From assembly GCA_951406725.2 (NCBI GenBank), contig OX597825.1, positions 12,152,001-12,216,000 on the forward strand: a stretch of DNA of 64,000 bases, read 5' to 3'. Position 1 is the first letter of the stretch; each line of letters opens with the position of its first letter. A model generated the notes under the pieces. That model saw nothing but the letters and a program-made list of their open reading frames with translations, was not told the origin of the DNA and searched no databases. The translations under genes were made by a program, and so were the position numbers. This document shows, piece by piece, positions 1 through 14,334 of the stretch. This DNA comes from Octopus vulgaris. Taxonomy: Eukaryota.

Positions 1-121
1 AAAGGATTGGGAACGATGGCAAGAGAGAAACAGTGATGACATAATGTGCGATAAGGAGTCCAGAGCTCAAAATATCGGCGTACACGTGCATCTTGAAGAT
101 AAACTTTTAATATTTACGTTT

Positions 122-366
122 ACACCGGAGTAAACACATAAATGTGAAACAAGGTGGAAAAAAGAGTACTCAAATACCAGTGGTAGAGTAATATGCTTTA
201 TTTAAAGCAACAGAAAATTCAACAAAACCTGTTACTCTGAGTTTCCCGTTGCCGTTCATCGGACAGTTTTTGCTAGAATCTAGCAAAAACTGTCCGTTGA
301 ACGGAAACGGGAAACTCAGAGTAACAGGTTTTGTTGAATTTTCTGCTGCTTTAAATAAAGTATATT
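122..366 (-). mobile_element. Fold-back Penelope-like terminal (pLTR) remnant; ~88-bp inverted arms (190-366) with an HHR-like motif on each arm
   Basis: Arms 190-277 and 279-366 are near-perfect reverse complements around a 1-nt loop at 278. The minus strand of 229-266 reads CTGT-CCGATGA-ACGGCAACGG-GAAA-CTCAGAG-TA-ACAG. The same family occurs inverted at 18056-18291. Confidence 0.7.
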
Positions 367-672
367 TACGTTTATGTAGATGTAAAATTGCATCTAATGA
401 GAGCCATGGAATACAGGTTTGCACATCTATCATGAAAGGATAGTAAGACATCTAGATAATAATGTAATTCTATATATATTGTAAACTTAATTTGCACACG
501 CAAATTCATACACACCAATATTTGGAGCTTCAGGATTTATACCCCACACCCTTTCCCTCTTGTTCGTAGTTTCCGCCTTGCAACCGTATTTCAGTCTCTC
601 AGTTTCTCTCCATGTCTCTCCACCCCTACTTAATATCTTCATTTCTCGTTCTGTCTTTCTTTCACTCCTCAG

Positions 673-1027
673 TTTCTCTAGTTTTAGTCGTTGTAGAAGA
701 GTAGTAGACTTCGTAGAATTGGTAGTGGATGAAGTAGATGAAGGAACGAATGTGAAAGGAATGGTAAACACAAAACAGCATAAACGACTCAATAACAAAA
801 TACATATTCATAAATCTAAATTTTTGTACAATCGAAAAGGGAACATTATTTTGAAGACTCTCATTGATAAAAGAGACAAAGAAGAGTTGGAAAATTCCTC
901 CTTGAAGAATGAAAGAGAGAATCTGGTATTGTATGATAAATTCCATAAGAATAACAAAGAATCGGATGGTTCGCAGACAAATAATACATGGACAGATTTT
1001 GATTGGTTTCTTCAGATAGCAGCATAG
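673..1027 (+). CDS. Possible 3'-terminal coding exon of an unidentified host gene
   Basis: A long polypyrimidine tract ends in CTCAG at 672. It is followed by a purine-rich, repeat-free open frame (...[17 protein letters not shown]...[12 protein letters not shown]). No homology recognised. Confidence 0.35.
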
Positions 1028-1160
1028 AAACACACATATATAAATGCATTCACAAACGTGCTTATTCTTAGAGGCATACGCAAATACATAAATAGCTATA
1101 ATATATGTGTATGTGCATATGTACGTATGTACGTAAGAGAAATCTCTATGTGTGTGATTC

Positions 1161-1230
<70 letters not shown>

Positions 1231-1242
1231 CATATATATATG

Positions 1243-3468
<2,226 letters not shown>

Positions 3469-3522
3469 ATGCCATGTATGCTGTAGGATCTGCAAATCCA
3501 TCGCAGAACTCAAAAGACATGT

Positions 3523-4016
3523 ATGCACAGATAAATAGGCAGAATTGTTGGTGGAGTTTCGTTCTTCAAGGGTCGGCAAATGAGATTTGAGCCCAGCAAA
3601 ATAACAGTATTATCTCTCACAAATGCATACATACATGCATACATACATACATACATACATGCATACATACATACATACATACATACATACATACATACAT
3701 ACATACATACATACATACATACATACATACATACATACATACATACATACATACATACATACATACACGTACATAGGGTGATAATGCGTGATTCGAGACT
3801 GAGAGTAATTGTCACAGTTAGTCACGCAACGCAGACGAGTAGATAAATACGTAAGTTCTAACTTTTATATGCACACTCATATATACATGTTATATATATC
3901 CATAAATGGATAATTACATATATTCACATACATGGATGCACATATAATTATACCTTCATAGCTGTAAGGAAGTTTTATCAGGTATACGCATTTAACAATG
4001 AACAAAGCTACTCTTA
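3523..4016 (-). repeat. Inverted, more diverged copy of the distal part of the tandem unit (~3103-3462)
   Basis: ATGCACAGATAAATAGGCAGAATTGTTGGTGGA... and ...TTTAACAATGAACAAAGCTACT are reverse complements of sequence in 3103-3462. An expanded (CATA)n tract lies inside. Confidence 0.85.
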
Positions 4017-4089
4017 GCATGCATAGAAGACGTTTAGCAATAACAATAAATGCCACAAAAAGAGTGACATGCAATTATTATCAGTCGAA

Positions 4090-4560
4090 CAAGCTTTTAA
4101 AACTAATGGATCAAATATATTTACCTGTGTATAGATTTAATAATCGTTTAGAATACAAACCCTTAAACATATCTATCGCTTCAAAATAAACATGAAACAC
4201 AATATATAAACCTTCTCAGTAAAATGCCTACACACTAGAATAATTGTGCAATAATAAGTAATTTACGATCCGGAATTCAATATTCCCGAACCAAAACAGA
4301 ATAAAGAACATATGTTAATTGATTTCAGGAGAGAGATATTTAACGGAAGACTTTATAATCAAGATCCACATTTTAATTTGTAAATGAAAAAGTACTAGTA
4401 TTAAATTAACCAAATTCATCAGTAAATTATGAGAAAAATTGTCGCACTTCTGACCTGAAATGAAAATCCTATAAAGGGATTTAATAAGCTGGGAATAAAT
4501 ATTGTAACCTTCTAAAAGTCTGGAAATAGAATAAATCTTAAAAGCTTCATAAACCAGGCT
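4090..4560 (+). pseudogene. Highly degenerate Penelope-like RT/GIY-YIG remnant
   Basis: Fragments IYLPVYRFNNRLEY, FNGRLYNQ, SIKLTKFISKL*EK and AGNKYCNL parallel IYKPYRKPNDRLSY, FKARFNNH, TQLSNHIWSLRDK and NGSGRCGLC of the element at 15730-16805, in the same order. Confidence 0.45.
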
Positions 4561-4837
4561 TTCAGATCTACACAGTAGATCAAATAATGCGCAGTCACAA
4601 TCAAAACCCTTTTTTATTCATTGCAAAGAACCAGAACCACTAGGGCAGAGACACCTATATAGTGTACAACATCTGATATTTAATTATCTCAAATTTCCGT
4701 TAGTGACTCCTTTTACAAGTAACCAGATTCGAGCCATCAAATACGTACTATTAATGTAACCGTCAGGTACCAAATTACGCATCTCACCATTAATATATAA
4801 CATTCTCCATTAATATATTTTATTATTAATAATAATA

Positions 4838-5236
4838 GGCGCAGGAGTGACTGTGTGGTAAGTAGCTTGCTAATCAACCACATGGTTCCGGGTTCAGTCC
4901 CACAGCGTGGCATCTTGGGCAAGTGTATTCTGCTATAGCCCCGGGCCGACCAATGCCTTGTCAATGGATTTGGTAGACGGATACTGAAAGAAGCCTGTCG
5001 TATATATGTATATATATATATGTATGTGTGTGTGTTTGTGTGTCTGTGATTGCTTGACAACCGATGCTGGTGTGTTTACGTCCCCGTCACTTAGCGGTTC
5101 GGCAAAAAGAGAACCGATAGAATAAGTACTGGGCTTACAAAAAGAATAAGTCCCGGGGTCGAGTTGTTCGACTAAAGGCGGTGCTCCAGCATGGCCGCAG
5201 TCAAATGACTGAAACAAGTAAAAGAGTAAAAGAGTA
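4838..5236 (+). mobile_element. tRNA-derived SINE family A, full length
   Basis: Head GGCGCAGGAGTGACTGTGTGGTAAG...GGTTCAGTCCC (pol III box A/B-like), CORE-like CTTGGGCAAGT, internal (TA)/(TG) tract, tail GGCGGTGCTCCAGCATGGCCGCAGTCAAATGACTGAAAC plus GTAAAAGA repeats. Many copies in the window. Confidence 0.9.
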
Positions 5237-5703
5237 ATATAACATTCTCCACGTCGATGCGTGATGTTTAAAATGTTTTATCGTTCATGTATACCTACTC
5301 CATATATACAACTCAGGCACTATTTTAATAGGGATACATATAAGTTGCATTCTGAGCCAGGCAGTATAATTACAATAATTTCAATTTTTGTCATTATTTC
5401 CCACACAAAAAACATACCTCGGCGGAATTTGAACTCAGAACGTAGCGGCAGTCGAAATACCGCTAAGCATTTCGCCCAGCATGCTATAAAGCATTTTTAG
5501 AGAGTTATAGCCAAAGAATAGTATCAAAAAAATATCAAAATGAAAATATTTTTACGTCAGTATGCCGTCTTATAGATGTTCTCTTTTGTCTTTACAAGGA
5601 CTTTATCGCAAAATTTAGAACTGGGGGAACTTTTTATGTAACGACATAACACTTCAGTAATTTCTTGTAAATATATATATATATATGTGTATATAGTTTA
5701 TAA

Positions 5704-5778
<75 letters not shown>

Positions 5779-6688
5779 TATAAATGTATATATATTATAC
5801 AAATATATATATAAATGTATATATGTACATGTATATATAAATATATATATATAAATATATATACATAAATATATATATATGTATGTAGATGTATATATAT
5901 GTATATAATATGCATGTATATGTTTGCGTTTGTGTGCCTGTATATCTACGTGAGTTTGCGTCTTTATGTATCCCTAACATACATTTCGCCGCAAATAAAC
6001 GGCAGTTGCTTCATATCTCATGTTATATAACTTTTATTTGCGACTGGAAGTATATATATATTATATATTCTATTTCCTTGTTTGCTGGCGCAGCATGATA
6101 TCGTATGTTTGGTTTCCTTTGTATCAGGCTATTTCTCGTAGCATGTCTCATCAATGAATGAAATTATAGATAATTATTCAATATGAACATAGTACTAAAT
6201 GCTAGAACTCTAGATTTCCTTAGGGTTGTGTAAGACATTCATTGTTGGTTTCCAAACCAGTGTGAAGTACTGTTTGATTGATTTCGCATGTCTTTCACAA
6301 TGCATCATCGATCTTTATGAAATATAATTTGTCATGTGCGAGAACAACCCTCAGGCGGTCCAGATACTTAGGCACACACACACGCGCACACGCACAGGTA
6401 TACACATGCAAACACACACACACACATGCAGCACTATACAAGGAAGTAAAAGTCTGTGCTTATTAGTAACTTCTATATATGTATATTTGTGTGTGTGAGA
6501 GGGAGAGAGAAAGAGAGGGAGTGAGGGAGATATGTAGAGAGCGTATGAGTATGTGTATATATATATATATATACATGTTTACATCTGGACACATCGACAC
6601 ACACATATATATATATATATATACACATATGCACACACACACATATAAAAATTACATTTGTTATATTTGTGTTATTTGTGTGTATCTA

Positions 6689-6726
<38 letters not shown>

Positions 6727-7614
6727 GCTAGCTAGCTAGCTATCTATCTATCTATCTATCCATCTCTCTCTCTGTCTCCCTCTCTCTCTACATACATACA
6801 TTATATATATATATATATATATATAAAGGAATGTTGCTAACATCTTCGATCGACTCCATTCTTTTATTTATTCATATATATATATATTTATATACGTAAT
6901 TAGGATAAAGTTATTATTTAATATCGAGCATACTAAAATACCATAATGGTTATTAAAATAACAAAAAGGGCATTGTATAATTACAACACCAGTATGCGAG
7001 ATGTAGACCCCGAATGGTGTAGGAACAACTTAGAGTACGACTCCATTACCACAAGATTATAAGCGAGGAACATAGAGTGCCAGGGTTTATGAAATAATTT
7101 GGATAGTATCATGTCTATAGATTTCACGGTTTGAATTATTAAAAACTCTTTCTGATCATCAGTGGCAACATAACAAATATACATACATGAGAAATACGTA
7201 TACACAACACCATAAGCACGAGTAATATACATGCATATCGCACGTATTCCCGAAATTGAAATCCAAGCGTGATGATCAGGAAGAGTTTTTAGTACCTCAA
7301 ACCGTGAAATCAATACATATGGTACTATCTATATTTTTTTATAAATCCCCGATTCCTATTTTCCTCGCGTACAATCTTGTGGCAATGGAGTAATAAACTC
7401 AGTGGTTTTTAGACCATTTGTGGTCTAATTCTGGTAGATTGGCGTTTTAATTATTCAATGCCCTTTTTGTAATTTTAATATAAATTATCCATTATGGCTA
7501 CTGATAAATCATTAGATAATAACTTTATCCTAATTACGGATAAAAATATATATATTCAGAAATATTAAATTTCTAAAGATCTCATAGAGATATGTACGGT
7601 GGGGGAGCGATAGA

Positions 7615-7865
7615 GTGGTTGTATACAGTCAACTTAACGTGACAGTCCTGTAAGGGAATTATACCTCCGCTGTTTAGCCCTGGGAAGCATCAACGCTTCC
7701 TGTCCGCCTTGACACATTTCCTGTGTCCTTATATAAAAAATATATATATAAGGACACAGGAAATATGTCAAGGCCGACAGGAAGCGTCGATGCTTCCTAG
7801 GGCTAAACAGCGGTGGTATAATTCCCTTACAGGACTGCCACGTTAAGTTGACAGTATACAACCAC
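7615..7865. repeat. Near-perfect palindrome with ~120-bp arms
   Basis: GTGGTTGTATACAGTCAACTTAACGTG...GTGTCCTTATATA pairs with TATATAAGGACAC...CACGTTAAGTTGACAGTATACAACCAC around a short AT loop near 7740. Confidence 0.95.
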
Positions 7866-8045
7866 AGTATATATATTCATTCACTCCTATAAAATATTTA
7901 CTTCAGAAATATTCTGGGTAAATAACCACATGCTTGAAACGGACGGTTGGATGTTGAATTCGTGAATACGTGCTAAATGCTTGTATATTACTCGTGCTTA
8001 TGGCAGTATATATACGTATTTCTAATTTATTTACGTTTGGTATGT

Positions 8046-8106
8046 TGCCACTGATGATGGGAAAGTATTTTTAATAACTCCAACCGTGAAATCAATAGAT
8101 ATGGTA
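8046..8106 (+). ncRNA. Type-I hammerhead ribozyme motif
   Basis: Stem I UGCCA/UGGUA, core CUGAUGA, a long weak stem II region, GAAA, stem III UC-AAUA-GA, cleavage triplet AUA. Related copies at 7107-7167 (-) and 7269-7325 (+, degenerate). Confidence 0.6.
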
Positions 8107-8339
8107 CTCTCCAAGGTATTTTATAAATCCTCGCTGCCTATTTTCCTCGCTTACAACCTTGTGGTAAGAGAGTAGTAATCTAAGTGGTTCCTAGACCATT
8201 TCGGGTCTTCTTTTAACAGACTGCTGTTGTAAATATTCAATGCCCTTATAGTAATTTTATTTATGCCCCCTTCTTCGTAGCTCTTCTGTCTAACTTCCTT
8301 TGTCCAGCCAGCCGCCATGATTTACCGCTAGCTCCAACA

Positions 8340-8492
8340 GATGTTTTTTATTCTCTTCTCTCTCTGTTTATTTCATCGCGCTCCATTCTGCTGAAGAGCG
8401 TAGACTCGAAACGTGAAAGACTTTCTCACATTCCCGAGCGTTAAACTAATACACCTGTCTTCGTCTTTTGTTTTGTTTGCAAATTTCAACTA
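8340..8492 (+). mobile_element. Penelope-like pLTR remnant with degenerate minimal HHR
   Basis: CTGCTGAAGAGCGTAGACTCGAAACGT followed by ACTAATACACCTGTCTTCGTCTTTTG. The homologous reverse copy is at 24945-25110. Confidence 0.5.
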
Positions 8493-8949
8493 TATATATA
8501 TATGATTTATTGTTTTTTTTTGTTATAATAAAAACAAATTTACATTAAATCTGCAGTATTATTGAGTACTTTTACTGGAGTTCAAATTTATTATTCTTTA
8601 ACGAAAGAGTGTGTACGTATCCATGTTCATGCACGCGTGCATGTGTGTGTGTGTGTGTGTGTGTGTTTCGCAATCAAAAGATAGGAGAATATTCATTGTC
8701 CGTATTTTCGTACAGTATAATGGTAATCCGGCTCAGGTGTTCGTGCGCTTCTAGCTCAAATGCACTGGACGATCTGCGGAAAAGTCTGAGAAGTAATGAA
8801 TATATCCTGCAATAATTATGTTGCAGCTGCTGTAAGGTGTGTGAATCGTTTTGTCAGAAAGTTGTGAGGGAGTCAATGCGGTCTTGGCTGACATTTGCAT
8901 AATTATTGATTAAATTTGCCGTGATTCCAATCTCATACTTTGGTTCATT

Positions 8950-8991
<42 letters not shown>

Positions 8992-9081
8992 TAGATAGAT
9001 ATATATAGATATATATATACATATATATATACATATATATATACATACATACATATATATATATACATACATACATACACA

Positions 9082-9145
<64 letters not shown>

Positions 9146-9600
9146 TATATACATATAAATATATATATATATATGTACTAATAAATCTCTCGTAGTGTAA
9201 TTTCCTGTGCAGTCTTATATTTTCTCAGCAGTACAATCTGAAGTTATTTTTCATTTCATGTTTCGTTATTCTTTCCTGGTTTGATGTTATTTTCAACAAA
9301 TAGTTGTGTTGTATAGATTATGAGGTTGCAACAATAAAATTAACTGACTTTGCGTCAATAGTAACTGATGAGATGAAGCTACATCGCAAAATCTAGATTT
9401 CCATGAGGACACATCAGGCACACATTCCGTAATTACTTTCGGTGGCTCATTGGCAGAGAATTCTTCCATTTCACTTCATTCATATTCTTCCATTTTAGTT
9501 CATTCATACAGACATAAGTTTATAGTGTAGACCGTTGGTCCCTTATGTACATCTACATGTATACATAAATATATACATATAAAAATATACACGTCAGTAA

Positions 9601-9752
<152 letters not shown>

Positions 9753-9765
9753 TATATATACATAT

Positions 9766-9822
<57 letters not shown>

Positions 9823-10838
9823 CATACATATGCATATGTGTGTGTGTATATAATAAACATGTATATATATATATATATATGTATGTATTTATATGCATAT
9901 AAATGAATAAATGAATGAGAATGTAGACGAATGTGTGAAAATTAAATGAATGTGTATGTAGATACGTGTGTGTATGTACCGATACGTTTGCATGTGTATT
10001 TGTGTGTGTAAACAAGAAAGACATAGAGCTAATCAGGGCCATTTTTACTTTTATCTTAGCGAAATATTTAATCATTGAATATGTACAATTATTCAAGAGA
10101 GAATTGATGTTATGAATTGATGTCTATGTGAATTAACAACTTGAAGATTATTTTAGCAGACGACAGAACACTTAAAAGTTACAAAAGATACCACTACTAT
10201 AAATGTTTAATAACTTTGCTATGATACATATTCCGGTGTGATGCTCTGGGATATATTTCTGAGGAAACACTAGATGAGAGAAAATAATTTCTTTACACCT
10301 GCTAAACATTTCTTTCTGAAGATGCGGCGTTTCATACATTCTATATTATTCCATATACGTTCACTAACACAATTCAACTTCATGTATATTCATATACAAC
10401 GCTTAGTAGTAAATATTTTCACTTCATGTCCATTCTGTTATTTGTCAGGTTTCATTATGAACGTTCCGTATATTTTCAACATAACCATATAAAACCACTA
10501 CAAAAGTCTTCTAGGATGTTCTTGTGTTTTTCTTTTTTTTATCTGTGATAGAAGTACATGAACATTCAGGTTATCTACTTATCTATGAAGAACTGCTGTC
10601 AGATGAAGCTTTCTTGATTTTCCTGCAATTCTTTTAATTATACACGCTAACTCGCACATATACAAACCATAGGCAAACACGTACATATACATATGTATTT
10701 ATAATCACTCCGGTTTAAGTATTCATTGCATTGCACGTTCGACGTCCGATATAACGGGATAATAATAAAAATAATTAATAAATCTCCGAACGAGATGTAA
10801 ACAGTAACCGCTCGACAACGTAAAGTGTACTAGCCATC

Positions 10839-11002
10839 TGAATGTGGCTAGCCACTGGGGTGGGTGTTACTGAAGCTTTTAGCCCCAGGAGATCGTCATC
10901 TCCAGCTGGCTTTATAAAGTGTGTCTAAAGCCAGCTGGAGACGACGATCTCCTGGGGCTAAAAGCTTCAGTAACACCCACCCCCAGTGGCTAGCCACATT
11001 CA
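10839..11002. repeat. Near-perfect hairpin with ~76-bp arms and an 11-nt loop
   Basis: TGAATGTGGCTAGCCACTGGGG...CCAGCTGGCTTTA pairs with TAAAGCCAGCTGG...CCCCAGTGGCTAGCCACATTCA, with one mismatch and one indel. Confidence 0.95.
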
Positions 11003-11069
11003 AATAATAATAGTGTTCTCGCAAATCGTTCTACTCAAGACACTGGTAATAACCCTCAACAATATAATA

Positions 11070-11486
11070 CTATTTCTTTACTACCCACAAGGGGCTAAAC
11101 ACAGAGCGGACAAACAAGGACAGACAGACGGATTAAGTCGATTACATCGACCCCAGTGCGTAGCTGGTACTTATTTAATCGACCCCGAAAGGATGAAAAG
11201 CAAAGTCAACCTCGGCGGAATTTGAACTCGGAACGTAACGACAGACGAAATACCTATTTCTTTACTACCCACAAGGGGCTAAACACATAGGGGACAAACA
11301 AGGACAGACATAGGTATTAAGTCGATTACATCGACCCCAGTGCGTAACTGGTACTTAATTTATCGACCCCGAAAGGTTGAAAGGCAAAGTCGACCTCGGC
11401 GGAATTTGAATTCGGAACGTAACGACAGACGAAATACCGCTAAGCATTTCGCCCGGCGTGCTAACGATTCTGCCAGCTCACCGCCT
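11070..11486 (-). mobile_element. SINE family E with tandemly repeated body
   Basis: The minus strand starts GGCGGTGAGCTGGCAGAATCGTTAGCACGCCGGGCG. The body unit TTCAAATTCCGCCGAGGTCGACTTTGCCTTTC...TTTAGCCCCTTGTGGGTAGTAAAGAAATAG is present twice. Confidence 0.85.
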
Positions 11487-12547
11487 TTTTTTTAATGTAT
11501 GAATATACCTTACTGGTTTCCACAGTGGTATTATTTATTCGTGCATTTATTTTCTCCTTGAATAGGAAGAGCGAAATGGAAAACAAATAAGAGAAAAACA
11601 ATAAATAAGACAAATTTCCATAGCAGTAAAACATGAATAGTTTTCACAGCAAAATTATATATTAAAAATACAAGTTTCATTTTCATAAGAAATGATGCAA
11701 AGCTAAAACGTTCGATAAATTTCATAGTAATTTAACATAATAGAAATTTGAAAGATCAGTATGTTTCATTCCAATAAATTCTGTTAGCAATTCGATATGA
11801 TGAAGATTTTAAAGTAGGAAAAAATCCTTTTGACCAGCTTTTCCGTGATGTGTGAAGCAGAATTTCTTGTGTTTTACGTTAGTCATTCGAATGTGAAAGG
11901 TTAATTATTTTCCATACAATATTGCATTGTACGTAGATTTTAAGTTATCGGTTCAACTTCTAGTTTGGTGCACATAAAAAGTCTCCACTTGATTTTTTCC
12001 GTCTGTGGCGTAGCATTTTGATTGGCCGACTGCCTGTGGACCTCATTTGCTTATCGTACGTTCTGGTCACATGCTACTGTGAAACAATACTAACAACGTT
12101 CCGGATGGCTGGGTCCCACGAGATGCTACTTCATCTTCAAATGCCACTGCCTGATCTATATTTTATAGTAGCACATGCTTTTCTCCCCCTACCCCCCCTC
12201 TCTCTCTCTCTCTTTTTCTCTCTCTCTCTTTCTTGCCTTATGGAGATCCGGTTTTAACTAAAAGCATGTAGAATTAAAGATTTTTCGACAGTATTACTTG
12301 ACACAGCTCTAAGATTGAATTATTTTAAATGCTTATTAAGTCGACCGCGACAAATAAACAACTATCCAGAACAATGGAATGGTATTGATATATGAGCGTG
12401 TGTATGTGTGTGTGTGTCTGCATGTGCGTGAGTATATACATTTTAGATTGAAATTTATACGTTTTTCTTTCATAGAAAATCACCCTTGCATTCATGTACT
12501 GTATAAAAAAAATGATTATGTTTACATATTATGCACTCTACGATATA

Positions 12548-12931
12548 GGAGGCGGAATGGCCCAGTGGTTAGGGCAGCGGACTCGCGGTCATAGGATCGC
12601 GGTTTCGATTCCCAGACCGGGAGTTGTGTGTGTTTATTGAGCGAAAACACCTCAAGCTCCACGAGGCTCCAGCAGGGGATGGTGGTGATCCCTGCTGTAC
12701 TCTTTCACCACAACTTTCTCTCACTCTTACTTCCTGTTTCTGTTGTACCTGTATTTCAAAGGGCCGGCCTTGTCACTCTCTGTGTCACGCTGAATATCCC
12801 CGAGAACTACGTTAAGGGTACACGTGTCTGTGGAGTGCTCAGCCACTTACACGTTAATTTCACGAGCAGGCTGTTCCGTTGATTCGGATCAACCGGAACC
12901 CTCGTCGTCGTAACCGACAGAGTGCTTCCAC
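12548..12931 (+). mobile_element. tRNA-derived SINE family B with 13-bp target-site duplication
   Basis: Head GGAGGCGGAATGGCCCAGTGGTTAGGGCAGCGG...GGTTTCGATTCCC. TSD CACTCTACGATAT at 12534-12546 and 12932-12944. Confidence 0.92.
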
Positions 12932-13002
12932 CACTCTACGATATGTATAACACACACGCTAGGACGATGTATTATATATTCTTACATTCTTTTCTTCTTT
13001 AA

Positions 13003-13170
13003 CTCGTTTCAGTCATTTGACTGTGGCCTTGCTGGAGCACCACTTTAAAGGACTTTATACGAAGACGTCGACTCCAGGACTTATTCTTTGTAAGCCTAGT
13101 ACTTATTTTATCGGATTCTTTTGCAAAACCGCTAAGTTACAGGGGATATAAACACACCAGCATCGGTTGA
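13003..13170 (-). mobile_element. SINE family A 3' fragment
   Basis: GTTTCAGTCATTTGACTGTGGCCTTGCTGGAGCACC...AAACACACCAGCATCGGTTG matches the reverse complement of the family A tail. A similar fragment lies at ~13880-14020. Confidence 0.8.
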
Positions 13171-13347
13171 CAATTATAATTAACTTTATAATCAAACCAA
13201 ACACACACACAATCACGCGTACACAAGCACACATATACACATATAGACACACGCACACATTCCTACACATTCAAGTAAACGCACACCCAAGTACAGGCCC
13301 ACGCGCACACACACGCTCACACACACACATACGCATTCATATATGTG

Positions 13348-13860
13348 CTAGCAGTATCGCCCGGCGTTGCTCGGGTTTGTAAGGGAAATAACTATATAAG
13401 CATTTTTAGAGAGTTACATCCCTTATAGATGCCAATTCGGGCTTTCTTAGCCATTTCTGTTTTGGTGTCTTCAAGCCATGAAGTCGTTGTTCTAAAAGAA
13501 CGCTGGTCTCCTTGACAACGCTTTACGACGTTGATTTCCTTACACTCCCTTCCCCACAGCTTCACGAGGGAGGGAAGAAGGGGGAGAAGCAAACAGGTGC
13601 AGGTGTGACCATGGACGCCAACTTCACCGCCATCGACACACGAAAAATTATGCATTAAAATGGAATAAAAAATGATGTTAAATTATTTTTAAAATCATAG
13701 ACTCATCGTAGACGCACGCTAATACTCAGACGGGCTTGATATGAATCACGACTATAAGATACCCGAATTTGGTTAAACTGCACCGCGAAATGTGGGAGTA
13801 GTTAGGAATCTAAATCGAAGGGGACAGACACTCACACAACTACAGTTTTATATATATAGA
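13348..13860 (-). mobile_element. Non-autonomous Helitron
   Basis: The minus strand begins A|TCTATATATATAAAACTGTAG (5' TC) and ends with a GC hairpin CCCGAGCAACGCCGGG followed by ...CTGCTAG (3' CTAG). No TIR or TSD. Confidence 0.8.
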
Positions 13861-14086
13861 TATATCTTTTATCTCATAGCTGTTTGATGTCAGTAGACTG
13901 CAGCCATGCTGGAGCACCGTCTTGAAAGAATTTTGTTTAGCCTGGTACTTATTATGTCGGTCTGTTTTCCCTACCTTTGAAAGTATGAGGAGGTAAACAC
14001 ACCAACACCGGTTGTCAAGAATTGATGGGCGTCAAACACGGAAGCAAAGACACACACACACACTGACCTTCTCCCTCTCTCTCTCT

Positions 14087-14138
<52 letters not shown>

Positions 14139-14301
14139 GGCGCAGGAGTGGCTGTGTGGTAAATAGCTTGCTAACCAACCACATGGTTTCGGGTTCAGTC
14201 CCACTGCGTGGCATCTTGGGCAAGTGTCTTCTGCTATAGCCCCGAGCCGACCAATGCCTTGTGAGTGGATTTGTTAGACGGAAACTGAAAGAAGCCTGTC
14301 G

Positions 14302-14334
<33 letters not shown>

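Larger units (their letters stand above)
6894..8260. mobile_element. Diverged fold-back Penelope-like pLTR cluster: three related copies (- at ~6894-7265, + at ~7269-7538, + at ~7945-8260), each with an HHR-like motif
   Basis: CGTAATTAGGATAAAGTTATTAT (6894) and ATAATAACTTTATCCTAATTACG (to 7538) are inverted. 7945-8260 is the reverse complement of ~6955-7265. Confidence 0.7.

Noticed and set aside
3560-3572. CTTGAAGAACGAAAC (minus strand) as an HHR in the duplicated unit
   Set aside because: No stem II, an altered core and no convincing stem I or III.
9365-9401. CTGATGA-GATG..CATC-GCAAAATCTAGATTTC hammerhead-like string
   Set aside because: GAAA is interrupted and no stem I pairing is visible; it could be chance or a decayed copy.
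11940-12160. Possible minus-strand exon (DQAVAFEDEVASRGTQPSG...)
   Set aside because: Short frame, weak acceptor and no recognisable homology.
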